A DNA stretch of 64,000 nucleotides from an uncultured Gammaproteobacteria bacterium (GTDB taxonomy: Bacteria > Patescibacteriota > Patescibacteriia > SG8-24). The position numbers and the translations under genes are program-made. Below are positions 17,193-26,805 of the stretch, piece by piece. Below the pieces are notes generated by a model. It made no database searches. It was not told the DNA's origin and saw only the letters and a program-made list of their open reading frames with translations. Within the stretch, counting starts at the first letter, position 1. Each line of letters begins with the position of its first letter. Where the stretch lies: assembly GCA_964491475.1 (NCBI GenBank), contig CAZBFO010000003.1, forward strand, positions 72,766 through 136,765. The letters run 5' to 3'.

Positions 17193-18421
17193 ACATCCTG
17201 TACGTCAGCAACTTGTACGGCGAAAACGCCCGCGGGGGAGCGGAGCGCATCGTCGAGGCGGAGGCCCGCGCCATGGCCGCTTCGGGTCATGACGTGACCG
17301 TGGCGCACGGCGTCCGTGCCGGCGAACCGCTGGGTTCCACCCATGACGGCAGGCTTCGCGTCGCCCGCTACGCGCCGCCCAACCTGTATTTTTATGCCGA
17401 CGACCACAAGCACCGGGTCTTCACGCGCCTGCTCTGGCATTTCGTGGACGTCTTCAACGGGCCGAGCGCGCGCGCCTTCGCGGAGATCCTGGAGTCGGCG
17501 CAGCCAGACGTGGTGCATACGCACAACTTGATGGGACTCGGATTCATGATTCCGGCAGCCATCCGTCGCGCCGCGCGCCGTCGCGAACGGTCGGAGCCGA
17601 TGCGGCCGCTTCGCCACGTGCACACCGTCCACGACGTGCAGCTCGTCCATCCGTCGGGGCTGCTGCTGCAGATCAAGGGCGGCACCGGGCACGAGGGGTT
17701 CCCGTTCGCCAAGCTGATGCAGGCGGCGTACGTGCGCATCATGCGCTCGCTGATGGGATCGCCCGACACCGTGATTTTCCCGTCGGCCTTCCTGCTGTCG
17801 TTCCACGACCGTCTCGGCTTCTTCGCCAATTCGCGCAAGACGGTGGTTTCCAATCCCGCCCCGGCGCCTTCCGCCGTGCCGCGCGCCGTCGCGCCGACGC
17901 CGCGCTTCCTGTTCGTCGGTCAGATCGAAAGGCACAAAGGCGTGTACGTGCTTGCCGAGGCCTGGGAGAAGGCCGGCCTTCATGCGACGCACGGCGCCAC
18001 GCTGGAGTTCGTCGGCGCCGGCACGGAAGAAAAACCGCTCAAGGAAAAATGCGCCGCCATCCCCGGCACGTCCTTCTCCGGCAAACTGACCGGCGACGAC
18101 CTGACTGCCGCGTACGATCGTTCCACGTTCCTAGTCGTGCCGTCGACCGTCATCGAGAACCAGCCGACGGTCATCCTCGAAGCCTTCAGCCGCGGCACGC
18201 CCGCGGTCGCCGCCGTCTCCGGCGGCATCCCCGAACTGGTCCGCGAAAACAAAACCGGCTTCCTGTTCGAAGCCGGCAGCGCGGCCGCCTGCGCGGCCGG
18301 GTTGCAGCGCGCGGTTGCGGCAACGGACTGGCCGTCGTTGTCGAGAGCCGCGCGCGCATGGGCTGCCGCCCACGACATGTCCTCGCACCTGAAGGCGCTT
18401 GCGGACGTGTACGGTTCGTAG
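17189..18421 (+). CDS. GT4 glycosyltransferase
   Basis: ATGA overlap with the upstream GT4. NILYVSNLYGENARGGAE N-terminal and ENQPTVILEAFSRGTPAVAAVSGGIPELV GT-B motifs. Confidence 0.8.
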   Translation: MNILYVSNLYGENARGGAERIVEAEARAMAASGHDVTVAHGVRAGEPLGSTHDGRLRVARYAPPNLYFYADDHKHRVFTRLLWHFVDVFNGPSARAFAEILESAQPDVVHTHNLMGLGFMIPAAIRRAARRRERSEPMRPLRHVHTVHDVQLVHPSGLLLQIKGGTGHEGFPFAKLMQAAYVRIMRSLMGSPDTVIFPSAFLLSFHDRLGFFANSRKTVVSNPAPAPSAVPRAVAPTPRFLFVGQIERHKGVYVLAEAWEKAGLHATHGATLEFVGAGTEEKPLKEKCAAIPGTSFSGKLTGDDLTAAYDRSTFLVVPSTVIENQPTVILEAFSRGTPAVAAVSGGIPELVRENKTGFLFEAGSAAACAAGLQRAVAATDWPSLSRAARAWAAAHDMSSHLKALADVYGS

Positions 18422-18424
18422 CGG

Positions 18425-20626
18425 CTATTTTTTCCGCACGTACTTGAAGACGTAATCCTTGTCGCCGACGCTCCATGACGCGTCGGCGTTCTTCTTGGCG
18501 GTCAGCAGGATTTCCTGCGCGTGCCACCAGTAATACGAGACGACGTAATAGGCGGTGTCGACGCCGGCAAGGTCCATGGCCTTGGTGACGGCGTCGCGCT
18601 TGCCGAGCGCCGCATTGGTGTCCAGGAAAATCTGGTACAGGGGATCTCCGGTCGGAATCGGGTAGTAGAAGATCGGCGCCGGGCGTCCGGCATCCTTCGA
18701 GGCGTAGTAGCGCGGAAAGCCGAACTCGCGCACCGCCGCCGCGGAGACGGACTGGTTGGCAAGCACCACGTACGGCGCGCCGCCGGCGTCCTTCTCGATG
18801 CCCCGCACGGCCTCGACGTCGAACGAGTTGGACGACCAGCCGCGGCTGTTCTCGTACTTGTCACGACGCGGATATGCCAGGTAGACCGAACTGGTGACCA
18901 GCGAGGCCAGCAGCAGGGCCGCCATCACGCGCACGGTCGGCACGTGCCTGCCGGCGCGCGAGAATATGGCGGCGACGGCGGTCACCGCCATAGGCGCGAT
19001 GACGAACAGCGTCAGCTCCCACAGGCGGTTGGCGTAATTGGAACGCTCGTAGGCGATCAGGAAGGGGAACTGCACCACCGACTTGAGCAGGACGTAGTTC
19101 GAGGCCAGCACCAATCCGCTTATCAGGTAGACGAATCCGGTGCGCGTGCGTCGTCGCGAGACGTACAGGCCTAGGACGGCGAGCAGCACCAGCGCCGCGT
19201 CGCGCCAGGCCTTCCAGGAGTACACGAAGTCGTACAGCGCCGAGAACTGGCGGGTGATGACCGGTGCCGCCTGCAGCGTCTCGATCAGCGAAGTCGGGGA
19301 GCGGAGCGTGTCGGTGTCGAGCGTGACGCCGGCTCCGGAATGCAGCGAGCTGACGTAGAAGGTGGCAGGCAATGCCACTGCGCCGGCCAGCGTGACGCCG
19401 AGAATGACCACGGACAGCGCCGCCTTGCGAAAGACGCCCTTGCGCCGTTCGTACCACGAGAGCAGCGTCACGAGCGTGGCAAAAACCAGCAGGGGGATGC
19501 CGGCGATGGGGTGGATGGATGCCGCGGCAGAGGCGAGCAGGAACAGGGCCAGACGGGGAAAGGCGCCTTTGGTCACCGTAGGCAGCGCCAGGAAGGCGGT
19601 CATCAGGAAGACGACGTTGGCGACGCCTTGCGGCGTGGTTGCAGCGAACGAGTCCAGCGGCAAGATGAGCAGCGACAGCGCCGCCGCCGCGCAGGCCGAC
19701 GGGCCGAAGCCGAACGCCTTGCGCAGGCTCCAGTAGGCGCAGGGAATCAGCAGCGCGAAGGCTGCCGGCACCAGCCAGGCGTCGATGGCGCTGACGCCGC
19801 CGCCCAGCAGTCGCGCGATGATCGTCACCAGCGCGTACTGGCCCAGATAGTAGGGGGGCTTGGGCGTGATGAACCCGTCGCGGAAGATGGTGGCTTCGGT
19901 GGCCCGGTGGATGAACGGGTCGAAGCCGAACCCGACCGTGTATACGGTCATGGCCACTCCGGTGGCGAGCACTGCCAGTCCCGATCCTGCAAGCAACGAC
20001 ACGCGCGGCGAAAGGCCGCCCGACGCCGCCGCCAAGGTCGCGACGGCAGCGAAGAAGAAGACTATGAAAAACATCCTGGGCACCACGTCCCAGGGCGAAC
20101 GGATGGACGTGCCGGTGGCGGCACCGGTCAGGATGGAAAATCCGTAGACGACCAGGGCGACGGCGACGCCGGTCAGGAGCGTGCCCAGGATGGCGCGGAC
20201 GATCGGTTCCGACCGCAGTTTCGGTTTTGCGGAAGCCGCGGAGGATTCCGCGGAAGAAGGCGGTGTCGTCGCCTGGAACACCTTCTTCCGGCGCTGCAGG
20301 GTCCAGGAGCAGCATGCGGCGGCCGCGAAAACGTCGATGAACAGCACCAGCGCCACGGACGACGCGTCCAGCTTGTAGAGAAAGTAGGTGGCGCTGCCCG
20401 TGGCCATCGTCAGCGCCAGAGTGCAGACCGTTCCCAGGAACGTCCTCCAGAACCGCGGCTCATCGGCAAACAGCCCTTGGCCGGCCACGAAACCGGTGCC
20501 GAGGAAAAAAAACGCCGTCAGGATCGCCCGAGCGGCAAACGGCAACGGCAAAAGCAGCGAGGCCACCGCTGCCGCTGTAATTACCAGAGAAAAGACGGTA
20601 TGCTGTAGGTGAATGCGGGCAGTCAT
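18425..20626 (-). CDS. Large polytopic membrane protein with C-terminal extracytoplasmic domain, putative GT-C-type (YfhO-like) glycosyltransferase
   Basis: Start at MTARIHLQHTVFSLVI (cat at 20624-20626). The upstream 118 codons of the track ORF are low-complexity and rejected. At least 14 predicted TM helices followed by a ~200-aa soluble C-terminal domain. The context (GtrA + GtrB-like GT2) suggests a three-component glycosylation system. Confidence 0.5.
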   Translation of the reverse strand: MTARIHLQHTVFSLVITAAAVASLLLPLPFAARAILTAFFFLGTGFVAGQGLFADEPRFWRTFLGTVCTLALTMATGSATYFLYKLDASSVALVLFIDVFAAAACCSWTLQRRKKVFQATTPPSSAESSAASAKPKLRSEPIVRAILGTLLTGVAVALVVYGFSILTGAATGTSIRSPWDVVPRMFFIVFFFAAVATLAAASGGLSPRVSLLAGSGLAVLATGVAMTVYTVGFGFDPFIHRATEATIFRDGFITPKPPYYLGQYALVTIIARLLGGGVSAIDAWLVPAAFALLIPCAYWSLRKAFGFGPSACAAAALSLLILPLDSFAATTPQGVANVVFLMTAFLALPTVTKGAFPRLALFLLASAAASIHPIAGIPLLVFATLVTLLSWYERRKGVFRKAALSVVILGVTLAGAVALPATFYVSSLHSGAGVTLDTDTLRSPTSLIETLQAAPVITRQFSALYDFVYSWKAWRDAALVLLAVLGLYVSRRRTRTGFVYLISGLVLASNYVLLKSVVQFPFLIAYERSNYANRLWELTLFVIAPMAVTAVAAIFSRAGRHVPTVRVMAALLLASLVTSSVYLAYPRRDKYENSRGWSSNSFDVEAVRGIEKDAGGAPYVVLANQSVSAAAVREFGFPRYYASKDAGRPAPIFYYPIPTGDPLYQIFLDTNAALGKRDAVTKAMDLAGVDTAYYVVSYYWWHAQEILLTAKKNADASWSVGDKDYVFKYVRKK

Positions 20627-20650
20627 CGCCGGTAATTGTAGCACAAAGGT

Positions 20651-21238
20651 ATGAACGAAGACGGTTGGAACCGCTCCATAGTCCTGCAGCCGAGTGACCG
20701 CCTTTTTGAGGCGGTTTTGGCGCCGCTTTTTCCCAAGTGGGTGCGTCCGAATCACCTTACGGCACTCCGTCTTTTGCTGATTCCGGTGGTCCTGTACTAT
20801 TTGGCCATCGACCGTTTTGCCGTAGGTTTGCCGTTGTTCCTGTTCGCCGCGCTGACCGACTGGTTCGACGGGGCACTGGCCAGGACCCGTCGGCAAATCA
20901 CCGAATGGGGCATCGCCTACGATCCGGTGGTCGACAAGCTGCTGATCGGCTCGGTGCTGTTCGTGGTCGTGCTCGAGCACGTCAACTTCACGCTCGGCAT
21001 GGCGCTGCTCGGCGTCGAGACCTTCATGATCGTCATGGGCTGGTATCGGCGGCTGCGGGGCAAAGTCGAACCTGCGAACGTCTGGGGCAAGATCAAGATG
21101 GTCGCCGAGGTCGTCGGATTGTCGTCGCTGCTGGTGGCGCTGGCGTGGAAGGTCGACCTGTTCGTGGACCTGTCCACGGGCACGCTGACGCTCGCGCTCA
21201 TCTTCGCCATCATCAGCATTTTTTCACGAATGTTCTGA
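20651..21238 (+). CDS. CDP-alcohol phosphatidyltransferase family protein
   Basis: DWFDGALARTRRQITEWGIAYDPVVDKL matches the D-G-x2-A-R-x8-G-x3-D-x3-D signature. Polytopic membrane protein. Confidence 0.75.
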   Translation: MNEDGWNRSIVLQPSDRLFEAVLAPLFPKWVRPNHLTALRLLLIPVVLYYLAIDRFAVGLPLFLFAALTDWFDGALARTRRQITEWGIAYDPVVDKLLIGSVLFVVVLEHVNFTLGMALLGVETFMIVMGWYRRLRGKVEPANVWGKIKMVAEVVGLSSLLVALAWKVDLFVDLSTGTLTLALIFAIISIFSRMF

Positions 21239-21244
21239 AATCGC

Positions 21245-22903
21245 ATGAAATCCCTTTCCCGCCATTTGCTTCCGGTCGGCGCTTTGCTGCTCTTCGCCGG
21301 TTTTTTCGTCGCCTATTCGTTCCTGCCGATTACCGTACCGGGAAAATACAGCTCTCCTGACGAGGCGTCGAACGCCTATTTCAGCCGGCTCTACGCCACG
21401 TCGGCGATGCTGTGGACCTTCGACGAAATGACCATCCCTTCCGGCAGGCTGGTGCATCCGCGCAGCGTCCGCATCGCCGACGATTTTCTGGTGCCGGGAG
21501 GCTTTCTCGGATTACCCGTGCTTTTCGGGACGGTCGGCGAAGCGTTGGGGACGGCGGTCATGCCGTTCCTGACTCCGCTGTTCGCGCTGCTGGCGGCGTT
21601 GGCCTGGGGCGGACTGGTAGCCGGCAGGTTCGGCAGGCGATTGGGCCTGCTGGCCGGCGCGCTGCTGCTGGTGCAGCCGGCATGGTGGTATGAGGCATCG
21701 CGCACGATGCAGCCGAACGTGCTGTTCTGCAGCCTGGTCATCTTTTCCGCGTATTTCTTTTTCGCGGCGCCGCTCAAGACCATGGTCGAGAGGAAGACGA
21801 AGGAGGGCTATCGTTTCTTGCGCGTGTCCGACGCGGCGTTTGCCGGCCTGTGCATGGCGGCGGCTCTTGCCGTTCGCACTTCCGAGGCGTATTGGCTGCT
21901 GCTGGGCATCGCCGTTGCCGCATTCGCCGCGCCGCGCCGCACGCCGTGGAAGAGCCTGGTGATCTTCTTCGTTTTCGCCGCTCTCGGCTTCGCGCCGTTC
22001 CTTTTTCTCAACGCGTCGGTGTACGGCAATCCGCTGGCGACCGGCTACGGTTCCGGCGTGACGGTGATTTCCGCCGGCGTGGCCACGCAAGGTTTCGGCA
22101 ACAGGCTGCTCGGTCCGGTCGGCCCCTACCTTTTCCCGCTGGGTTTCGCGCCCCGCACGGCGCTCGCGCATTTCTGGACCTACGGCATCGCCTTCTTTTG
22201 GTGGTGGACGCTGCTGGCGGTGCTGGGCAAGTGGGCGTATCACGCGGAACGCAAGCGGTTGACCGAAGCCTTACGAGCGGACGCAAAAATCTTCTGCTTT
22301 GTCGCGGCGGCCGTCACGCTCTGGCTCATCTTCTTCTACGGCAGCTACGTCGCGCAGGACAACCCCGATCCGAACGCGGTGACCATCGGTTCTTCCTATC
22401 TGCGCTACTGGCTTCCCGTCATGGCGCTGTCGACGCTTCCTGTAGCATGGCTGCTGTCCAGCGTGGGCGAAAAGCTGGCAGCCAAGCAACGCGCGGTCGC
22501 CTTGGCCGGCGCGGTCGCGCTCATCGGCGCGGCGTCGGCCTACGCGGTGTTCTGCGGCCGCGGCGAAGGGCTGCTGTCGGTTCGCGACGCCATCAGGACG
22601 GATTCGGCGATTGCCGAGGACGTCATCAGGATGACTCCGGAAAAGTCGATCATCGTGACCGACTTCGACGACAAGTACCTGTGGCCGCAGCGCCATGTGC
22701 TGGTGCCGCTGCGCTCCGAAGTCACCTACGGCTGGCTGGGGAAGCTGCAGCAGCGGTCCGCCGGCCTGTACTACCTGGGGCTGACGCTGCCGCAAAAGGA
22801 CTTCGACTACCTGCGCGACGAGAAGCTCGCGCCGCAGAAGCTGCAGCCGGCGGTGGTGAAGACCTACGGGCAGAAGACGCTCTACGAGTTCAAGCCCTTG
22901 TAA
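21245..22903 (+). CDS. Large polytopic membrane protein, possible GT-C/PMT-like glycosyltransferase
   Basis: 552 aa, about 12 TM helices, aromatic-rich loops. Function inferred only from context. Confidence 0.5.
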   Translation: MKSLSRHLLPVGALLLFAGFFVAYSFLPITVPGKYSSPDEASNAYFSRLYATSAMLWTFDEMTIPSGRLVHPRSVRIADDFLVPGGFLGLPVLFGTVGEALGTAVMPFLTPLFALLAALAWGGLVAGRFGRRLGLLAGALLLVQPAWWYEASRTMQPNVLFCSLVIFSAYFFFAAPLKTMVERKTKEGYRFLRVSDAAFAGLCMAAALAVRTSEAYWLLLGIAVAAFAAPRRTPWKSLVIFFVFAALGFAPFLFLNASVYGNPLATGYGSGVTVISAGVATQGFGNRLLGPVGPYLFPLGFAPRTALAHFWTYGIAFFWWWTLLAVLGKWAYHAERKRLTEALRADAKIFCFVAAAVTLWLIFFYGSYVAQDNPDPNAVTIGSSYLRYWLPVMALSTLPVAWLLSSVGEKLAAKQRAVALAGAVALIGAASAYAVFCGRGEGLLSVRDAIRTDSAIAEDVIRMTPEKSIIVTDFDDKYLWPQRHVLVPLRSEVTYGWLGKLQQRSAGLYYLGLTLPQKDFDYLRDEKLAPQKLQPAVVKTYGQKTLYEFKPL

Positions 22904-22904
22904 C

Positions 22905-24455
22905 ATGCAGGCTCCCCGCGTCAGCAAATTCGCCACGCGCGTCGTCGCCGTCTTCGGACTGGCGGTGGCCCTGGCGTTTTTGTTTTCGCGGGCATTCATT
23001 CCCAGCGGCAGGCTGACGCTTACCGACGCCTTCGTGAAGGCGGTGCCGTACCTGTCGATGCCGAAACCGACGGAGCGCCTCGGTCAGGCGACCATCGCCG
23101 ACGACGGCACTCCGCGCACGCCGCTCGTCGGCAGCCCGCTGTTCGTGGACTTCACGCCGCCGCCGGGATTCGAGACGGCGACCGTGTCGCTGGCGTATCA
23201 GAACGCCGGACACCCCATGGTCGAGGTCGGCGCCCTGGCTTCGTCCATCGACCAGCAGTTCCAGATGCAGCCCATCGAGAACCGCGTCATCGACGCGCTG
23301 CCGTGGAAGCGCGTCACCAGCGGCTCGCTGACGCTCTACGAGCGCCACGACCGCTACGCCTCGGTCGACGAGTTCTTCCGCGATCCGCCGCCGCGCTCCT
23401 CGCTGGCCGCGTACCGCGCCGACGCCGACGTGCCGTACGTGCTCGACGGCTACGCGCCCTCGGACGCCCCGCGCGAGATCAACGTCTCCATCCGCGGCCA
23501 CGCGCGCATGCTCACCTACGTGAAGGACGAGCCGCTGTCGTTCACGCTGACCGTACAGGACATGAACCGGCTTTCCGGCGCCGACCCGGTGACGGTGTCC
23601 GTGTATGACGGCGACGGCAAGAACGCCATCGCCCGCACCATCCTGCCGGACGACGGCAACACCAGCGAGAACCAGAAGTCCTCCAAGCTGCGCGACATTC
23701 CCGTCACGCTGACGTCGCCGCACGAGGGCTTCTACAAGATCGAGTTCACCGCCAGCGCCGACATCTTCATTCGCAAGATCGCCACCAAGCAGCGGAAGCT
23801 GGTGTTCCAGGACGACCTGTACCTGGGCGACCACGTCGGTTTCAGCGACAAGACCGATCCGCTGACGGTGTACACCGATGGCGGCAGGCTCGCCGCGCGG
23901 ACGCCGCACGCGGAGGCGGTGCAGACGCTGACCGTCGGCGGCGGGCAGCTCAAGCTCGACCAGCCCAACGTCCGCTACGACCAGATGCTGCACGGCGGGG
24001 GAGGACTGACCGCCGTCACCGCGCCCAAGCGCGACGTGCTGCTGCAGACCGTCGGTCTGTTCGCCTTCTCGCCCGACGAGTACTTCGACCCGCTGCCGTA
24101 CTCCGTGCAGTGGTACACCAAGCCGTCGGACTTCGACGCGCGCGGCATCGACTACGTGCTGTCCACCTACGAGCCGCCGACCGTCGACGGGGGACTGGTC
24201 ACCGGCAAGGCCGTGTTCGACATCCGCAAGTTGGCCAGGACCGAGGACGGCGCGTACCGCCTGGTCATCGAGGCGCCGGGCATCGAGGAGACGCGCTACG
24301 CCCTGCTCCTGAAGTCGCTGACGGTGTCGCTGCAACGGGCGCCGCTGACGCTGACCACCGCAGTGCCCGGCATCTTCGACGCTTTCCGTCCCGAGCCGGA
24401 GCATGCCACCGAGATCATGATCGACGGCCGTACCTACGGCGAGACGCCGGAATAG
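22905..24455 (+). CDS. Membrane-anchored exported protein, hypothetical (single N-terminal TM, large beta-rich ectodomain)
   Basis: ATG overlaps the upstream stop region (TAACATG). N-terminal anchor RVVAVFGLAVALAFLF. No recognised domain. Confidence 0.55.
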   Translation: MQAPRVSKFATRVVAVFGLAVALAFLFSRAFIPSGRLTLTDAFVKAVPYLSMPKPTERLGQATIADDGTPRTPLVGSPLFVDFTPPPGFETATVSLAYQNAGHPMVEVGALASSIDQQFQMQPIENRVIDALPWKRVTSGSLTLYERHDRYASVDEFFRDPPPRSSLAAYRADADVPYVLDGYAPSDAPREINVSIRGHARMLTYVKDEPLSFTLTVQDMNRLSGADPVTVSVYDGDGKNAIARTILPDDGNTSENQKSSKLRDIPVTLTSPHEGFYKIEFTASADIFIRKIATKQRKLVFQDDLYLGDHVGFSDKTDPLTVYTDGGRLAARTPHAEAVQTLTVGGGQLKLDQPNVRYDQMLHGGGGLTAVTAPKRDVLLQTVGLFAFSPDEYFDPLPYSVQWYTKPSDFDARGIDYVLSTYEPPTVDGGLVTGKAVFDIRKLARTEDGAYRLVIEAPGIEETRYALLLKSLTVSLQRAPLTLTTAVPGIFDAFRPEPEHATEIMIDGRTYGETPE

Positions 24456-24470
24456 TGCTACACTGCCGGT

Positions 24471-24866
24471 ATGAAGCTCGAACTCCGCAAAACCTTCATC
24501 GCCATGGTCGCCGACGCCGGCGCCGTTACGCTCACCTGCACGGCGATTTTCGCGCTGGTGGTCGCCGCTTTGGAGTTTTTTAAGCCCGGCATCGCCGCCA
24601 CGGCGGTCGCGCCGCAGGCCATCGCGGCCGTGGCCGTCGTCAGCCTGGCCGTTTCGCTGTTTTCCCCAGAACCGACCAGGCGCTCCCTGTTGGGAAAGGC
24701 CGGCTATTTTTTGGCCGAAATCGGGGTGACGGGGCTTGCAATTTGGGCCTCCTGGTACTACTTTAGCTCCGTTCCCGAGGTTCGCGGCTGGTTGACTGCG
24801 GGCATCGGCATCGCCGTCGGAGGGTTGCTTTTGGCCTCATCCAAGCCAGTTCCCGAGGGTCTCTAA
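24471..24866 (+). CDS. Small membrane protein, hypothetical
   Basis: 131 aa with 4 predicted TM helices. Confidence 0.4.
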   Translation: MKLELRKTFIAMVADAGAVTLTCTAIFALVVAALEFFKPGIAATAVAPQAIAAVAVVSLAVSLFSPEPTRRSLLGKAGYFLAEIGVTGLAIWASWYYFSSVPEVRGWLTAGIGIAVGGLLLASSKPVPEGL

Positions 24867-24880
24867 CCGTGTTCGGCATG

Positions 24881-25291
24881 AACGACTGCATCTTCTGCAA
24901 AATCGCCAAGGGTGAAATTCCTTCGCACAAGGTCTACGAGGACGACAAGGTCTTCGCCTTTTTGGACATCGCGCCCATCAGTCTGGGCCACACCTTGGTG
25001 GTTCCCAAGCAGCATTTTGAGAACTGCGTCGAGACCAGCGATGAAGCTTTGGCCGACGTCATGGCCGCGGTCCGCAAGATCGGTCGCGCTGCGCTGACCG
25101 TCACCGGAGCGGAGGGATTCAACGTCGGCATCAACTGCGGCAAGGTCGCCGGTCAGGTGGTGATGCACACGCACGTGCACGTCATGCCGCGCTTTCCAGA
25201 CGACGGCCTGGTGCACTGGCCCAAACGCGAGGTCACCAAGGCGGAGATGGACCAGACCGCCGCCGGCATGACCAAGCTGCTCAACGCCTAA
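24881..25291 (+). CDS. HIT-family (histidine triad) nucleotide hydrolase/transferase
   Basis: MNDCIFCKIAKGEIPS ... HTHVHVMPR histidine-triad motif. Confidence 0.85.
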   Translation, partial: NDCIFCKIAKGEIPSHKVYEDDKVFAFLDIAPISLGHTLVVPKQHFENCVETSDEALADVMAAVRKIGRAALTVTGAEGFNVGINCGKVAGQVVMHTHVHVMPRFPDDGLVHWPKREVTKAEMDQTAAGMTKLLNA

Positions 25292-25304
25292 CCGATCGTT
25301 CCCC

Positions 25305-26330
25305 ATGAAGATTCTCGTCACCGGCGGCGCCGGATTCATCGGCTCGGCATTCGTCCGCCACATGCTCAAGGAACACTCCGACGTGCAGGTGGTGAACTTT
25401 GACGCGCTCACCTACGCCGGCAACCTCGAGAACGTGGCCGAGGTCGCGCATGACCCGCGTTACTCGTTCATCAAGGGCGACATCGGCGACGCTGCTGCCG
25501 TCGAAGCCGCGCTCAAAGGCGTGGACGCCGTGGTGCACTTTGCCGCCGAGACGCACAACGACCGCAGCGTGCTCGACCCGACGATTTTTTTCCGCACCAA
25601 CGTGCTCGGCACGCAGGTTTTGCTCGAGGGCTGCCGCAAGGCCGGCAACGTCCGTTTTCACCACGTCTCCACTGACGAGGTGTTCGGCGACCTCGGTCTC
25701 GACGAGCCGCGCAGCTGGACGGAGTCGGAGCCGCGCAAGCCGCGCACGCCGTACAGCGCCTCGAAGGCAGCGAGCGATCATTTGGTTGCCGCCTACGGTC
25801 ACACCTTCGGACTGCCCGTGACCATCAGCAACTGCTGCAACAACCTCGGCCCCTACCAGTTCCCCGAGAAATTGATTCCGCTGTTCTCCACCAACGCGCT
25901 CGAGGACAAGCCGCTGCCGCTCTTCAAGAGCAGCAAGAACCGCCGCGAGTGGATTCACGCCGACGATCACAGCTCGGCCGTCGCCGCCATCTTGGAAAAG
26001 GGCCGCATCGGCGAGGCCTACAACATCGGCACCGGCGTCGAGAAGTCCATCGAGGACGTCACCGACGCGATCCTTGCGACGCTCGACAAGCCGCATTCAT
26101 TGAAGACCTACGTTCCAGATCGTCCCGGCCATGACAGGCGTTATGCGATTGATTCCACGAAATTAAGAACTGAAACCGGTTGGAAGCCGAAGATGTCCTT
26201 CGAGGAAGGCATCCGCCAGACGGTGGAGTGGTACCGCGACAACCCGCAATGGTGGCAGCGCGTGAAGACGGGGGAGTATCAGAAGTATTACGACACGTAT
26301 TATCGCGCCACTTTGGGGGCGAAGGTGTGA
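25305..26330 (+). CDS. rfbB: dTDP-glucose 4,6-dehydratase
   Basis: MKILVTGGAGFIGSAFVRHML...TYAGNLENV...SASKAASDHLV...YxxxK motifs typical of RmlB. Confidence 0.9.
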   Translation: MKILVTGGAGFIGSAFVRHMLKEHSDVQVVNFDALTYAGNLENVAEVAHDPRYSFIKGDIGDAAAVEAALKGVDAVVHFAAETHNDRSVLDPTIFFRTNVLGTQVLLEGCRKAGNVRFHHVSTDEVFGDLGLDEPRSWTESEPRKPRTPYSASKAASDHLVAAYGHTFGLPVTISNCCNNLGPYQFPEKLIPLFSTNALEDKPLPLFKSSKNRREWIHADDHSSAVAAILEKGRIGEAYNIGTGVEKSIEDVTDAILATLDKPHSLKTYVPDRPGHDRRYAIDSTKLRTETGWKPKMSFEEGIRQTVEWYRDNPQWWQRVKTGEYQKYYDTYYRATLGAKV

Positions 26331-26340
26331 TTGGCTCTAC

Positions 26341-26721
26341 ATGCCCCGACTTATTTTCAGGGAAACGTCAGGACCCTTGCCGACTTCATGCTTCGATTTG
26401 GTTGAAAACGGCGAAGCCATTGGCTGTCTCCAAATAAGACATCGTCCTTCTCATTCCCCCGAATTGCCGTCGCAAATGGCAAGCCACATATATTACGAGA
26501 TCGCACCCGCATATCGCGGCAAAGGCTGCGGCAGGGAGATGCTACGATTGGGTTTTCTGGAGGCGAAGAAAATAGGTTTGGAGGAGGTCATCATCACCTG
26601 TAACGAGGACAACGTCGCTTCGAGGAAAATTATCGAGGCGAACGGAGGATTGTTCGTGAGTAAAATCAGCCTTTCGTCGACGGGAAAAAGTTTTTTGAAA
26701 TACAAGGTCTCCCTTACTTAA
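26341..26721 (+). CDS. GNAT-family N-acetyltransferase (small), lying in a low-GC patch
   Basis: YEIAPAYRGKGCGREML acetyl-CoA-binding motif A. Local G+C is about 50% against a ~65% background. Confidence 0.65.
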   Translation: MPRLIFRETSGPLPTSCFDLVENGEAIGCLQIRHRPSHSPELPSQMASHIYYEIAPAYRGKGCGREMLRLGFLEAKKIGLEEVIITCNEDNVASRKIIEANGGLFVSKISLSSTGKSFLKYKVSLT

Positions 26722-26805
26722 GGAACTCCAGTGCCATTGACTTAATCATCATTTTTTGCGCCGTTTTTGATACTTTGAAACTACTGATTCGAGCCAAAAA
26801 TAACT

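Noticed and set aside
20627-20980. 118-codon N-terminal extension of the large membrane protein (track start 20980)
   Set aside because: The translation (MLEHDHEQHRADQQLVDHR…) is charged and low-complexity, with no signal or TM character. The internal ATG at 20624-20626 begins directly with the first TM helix and leaves room for a divergent promoter shared with 20651..21238.
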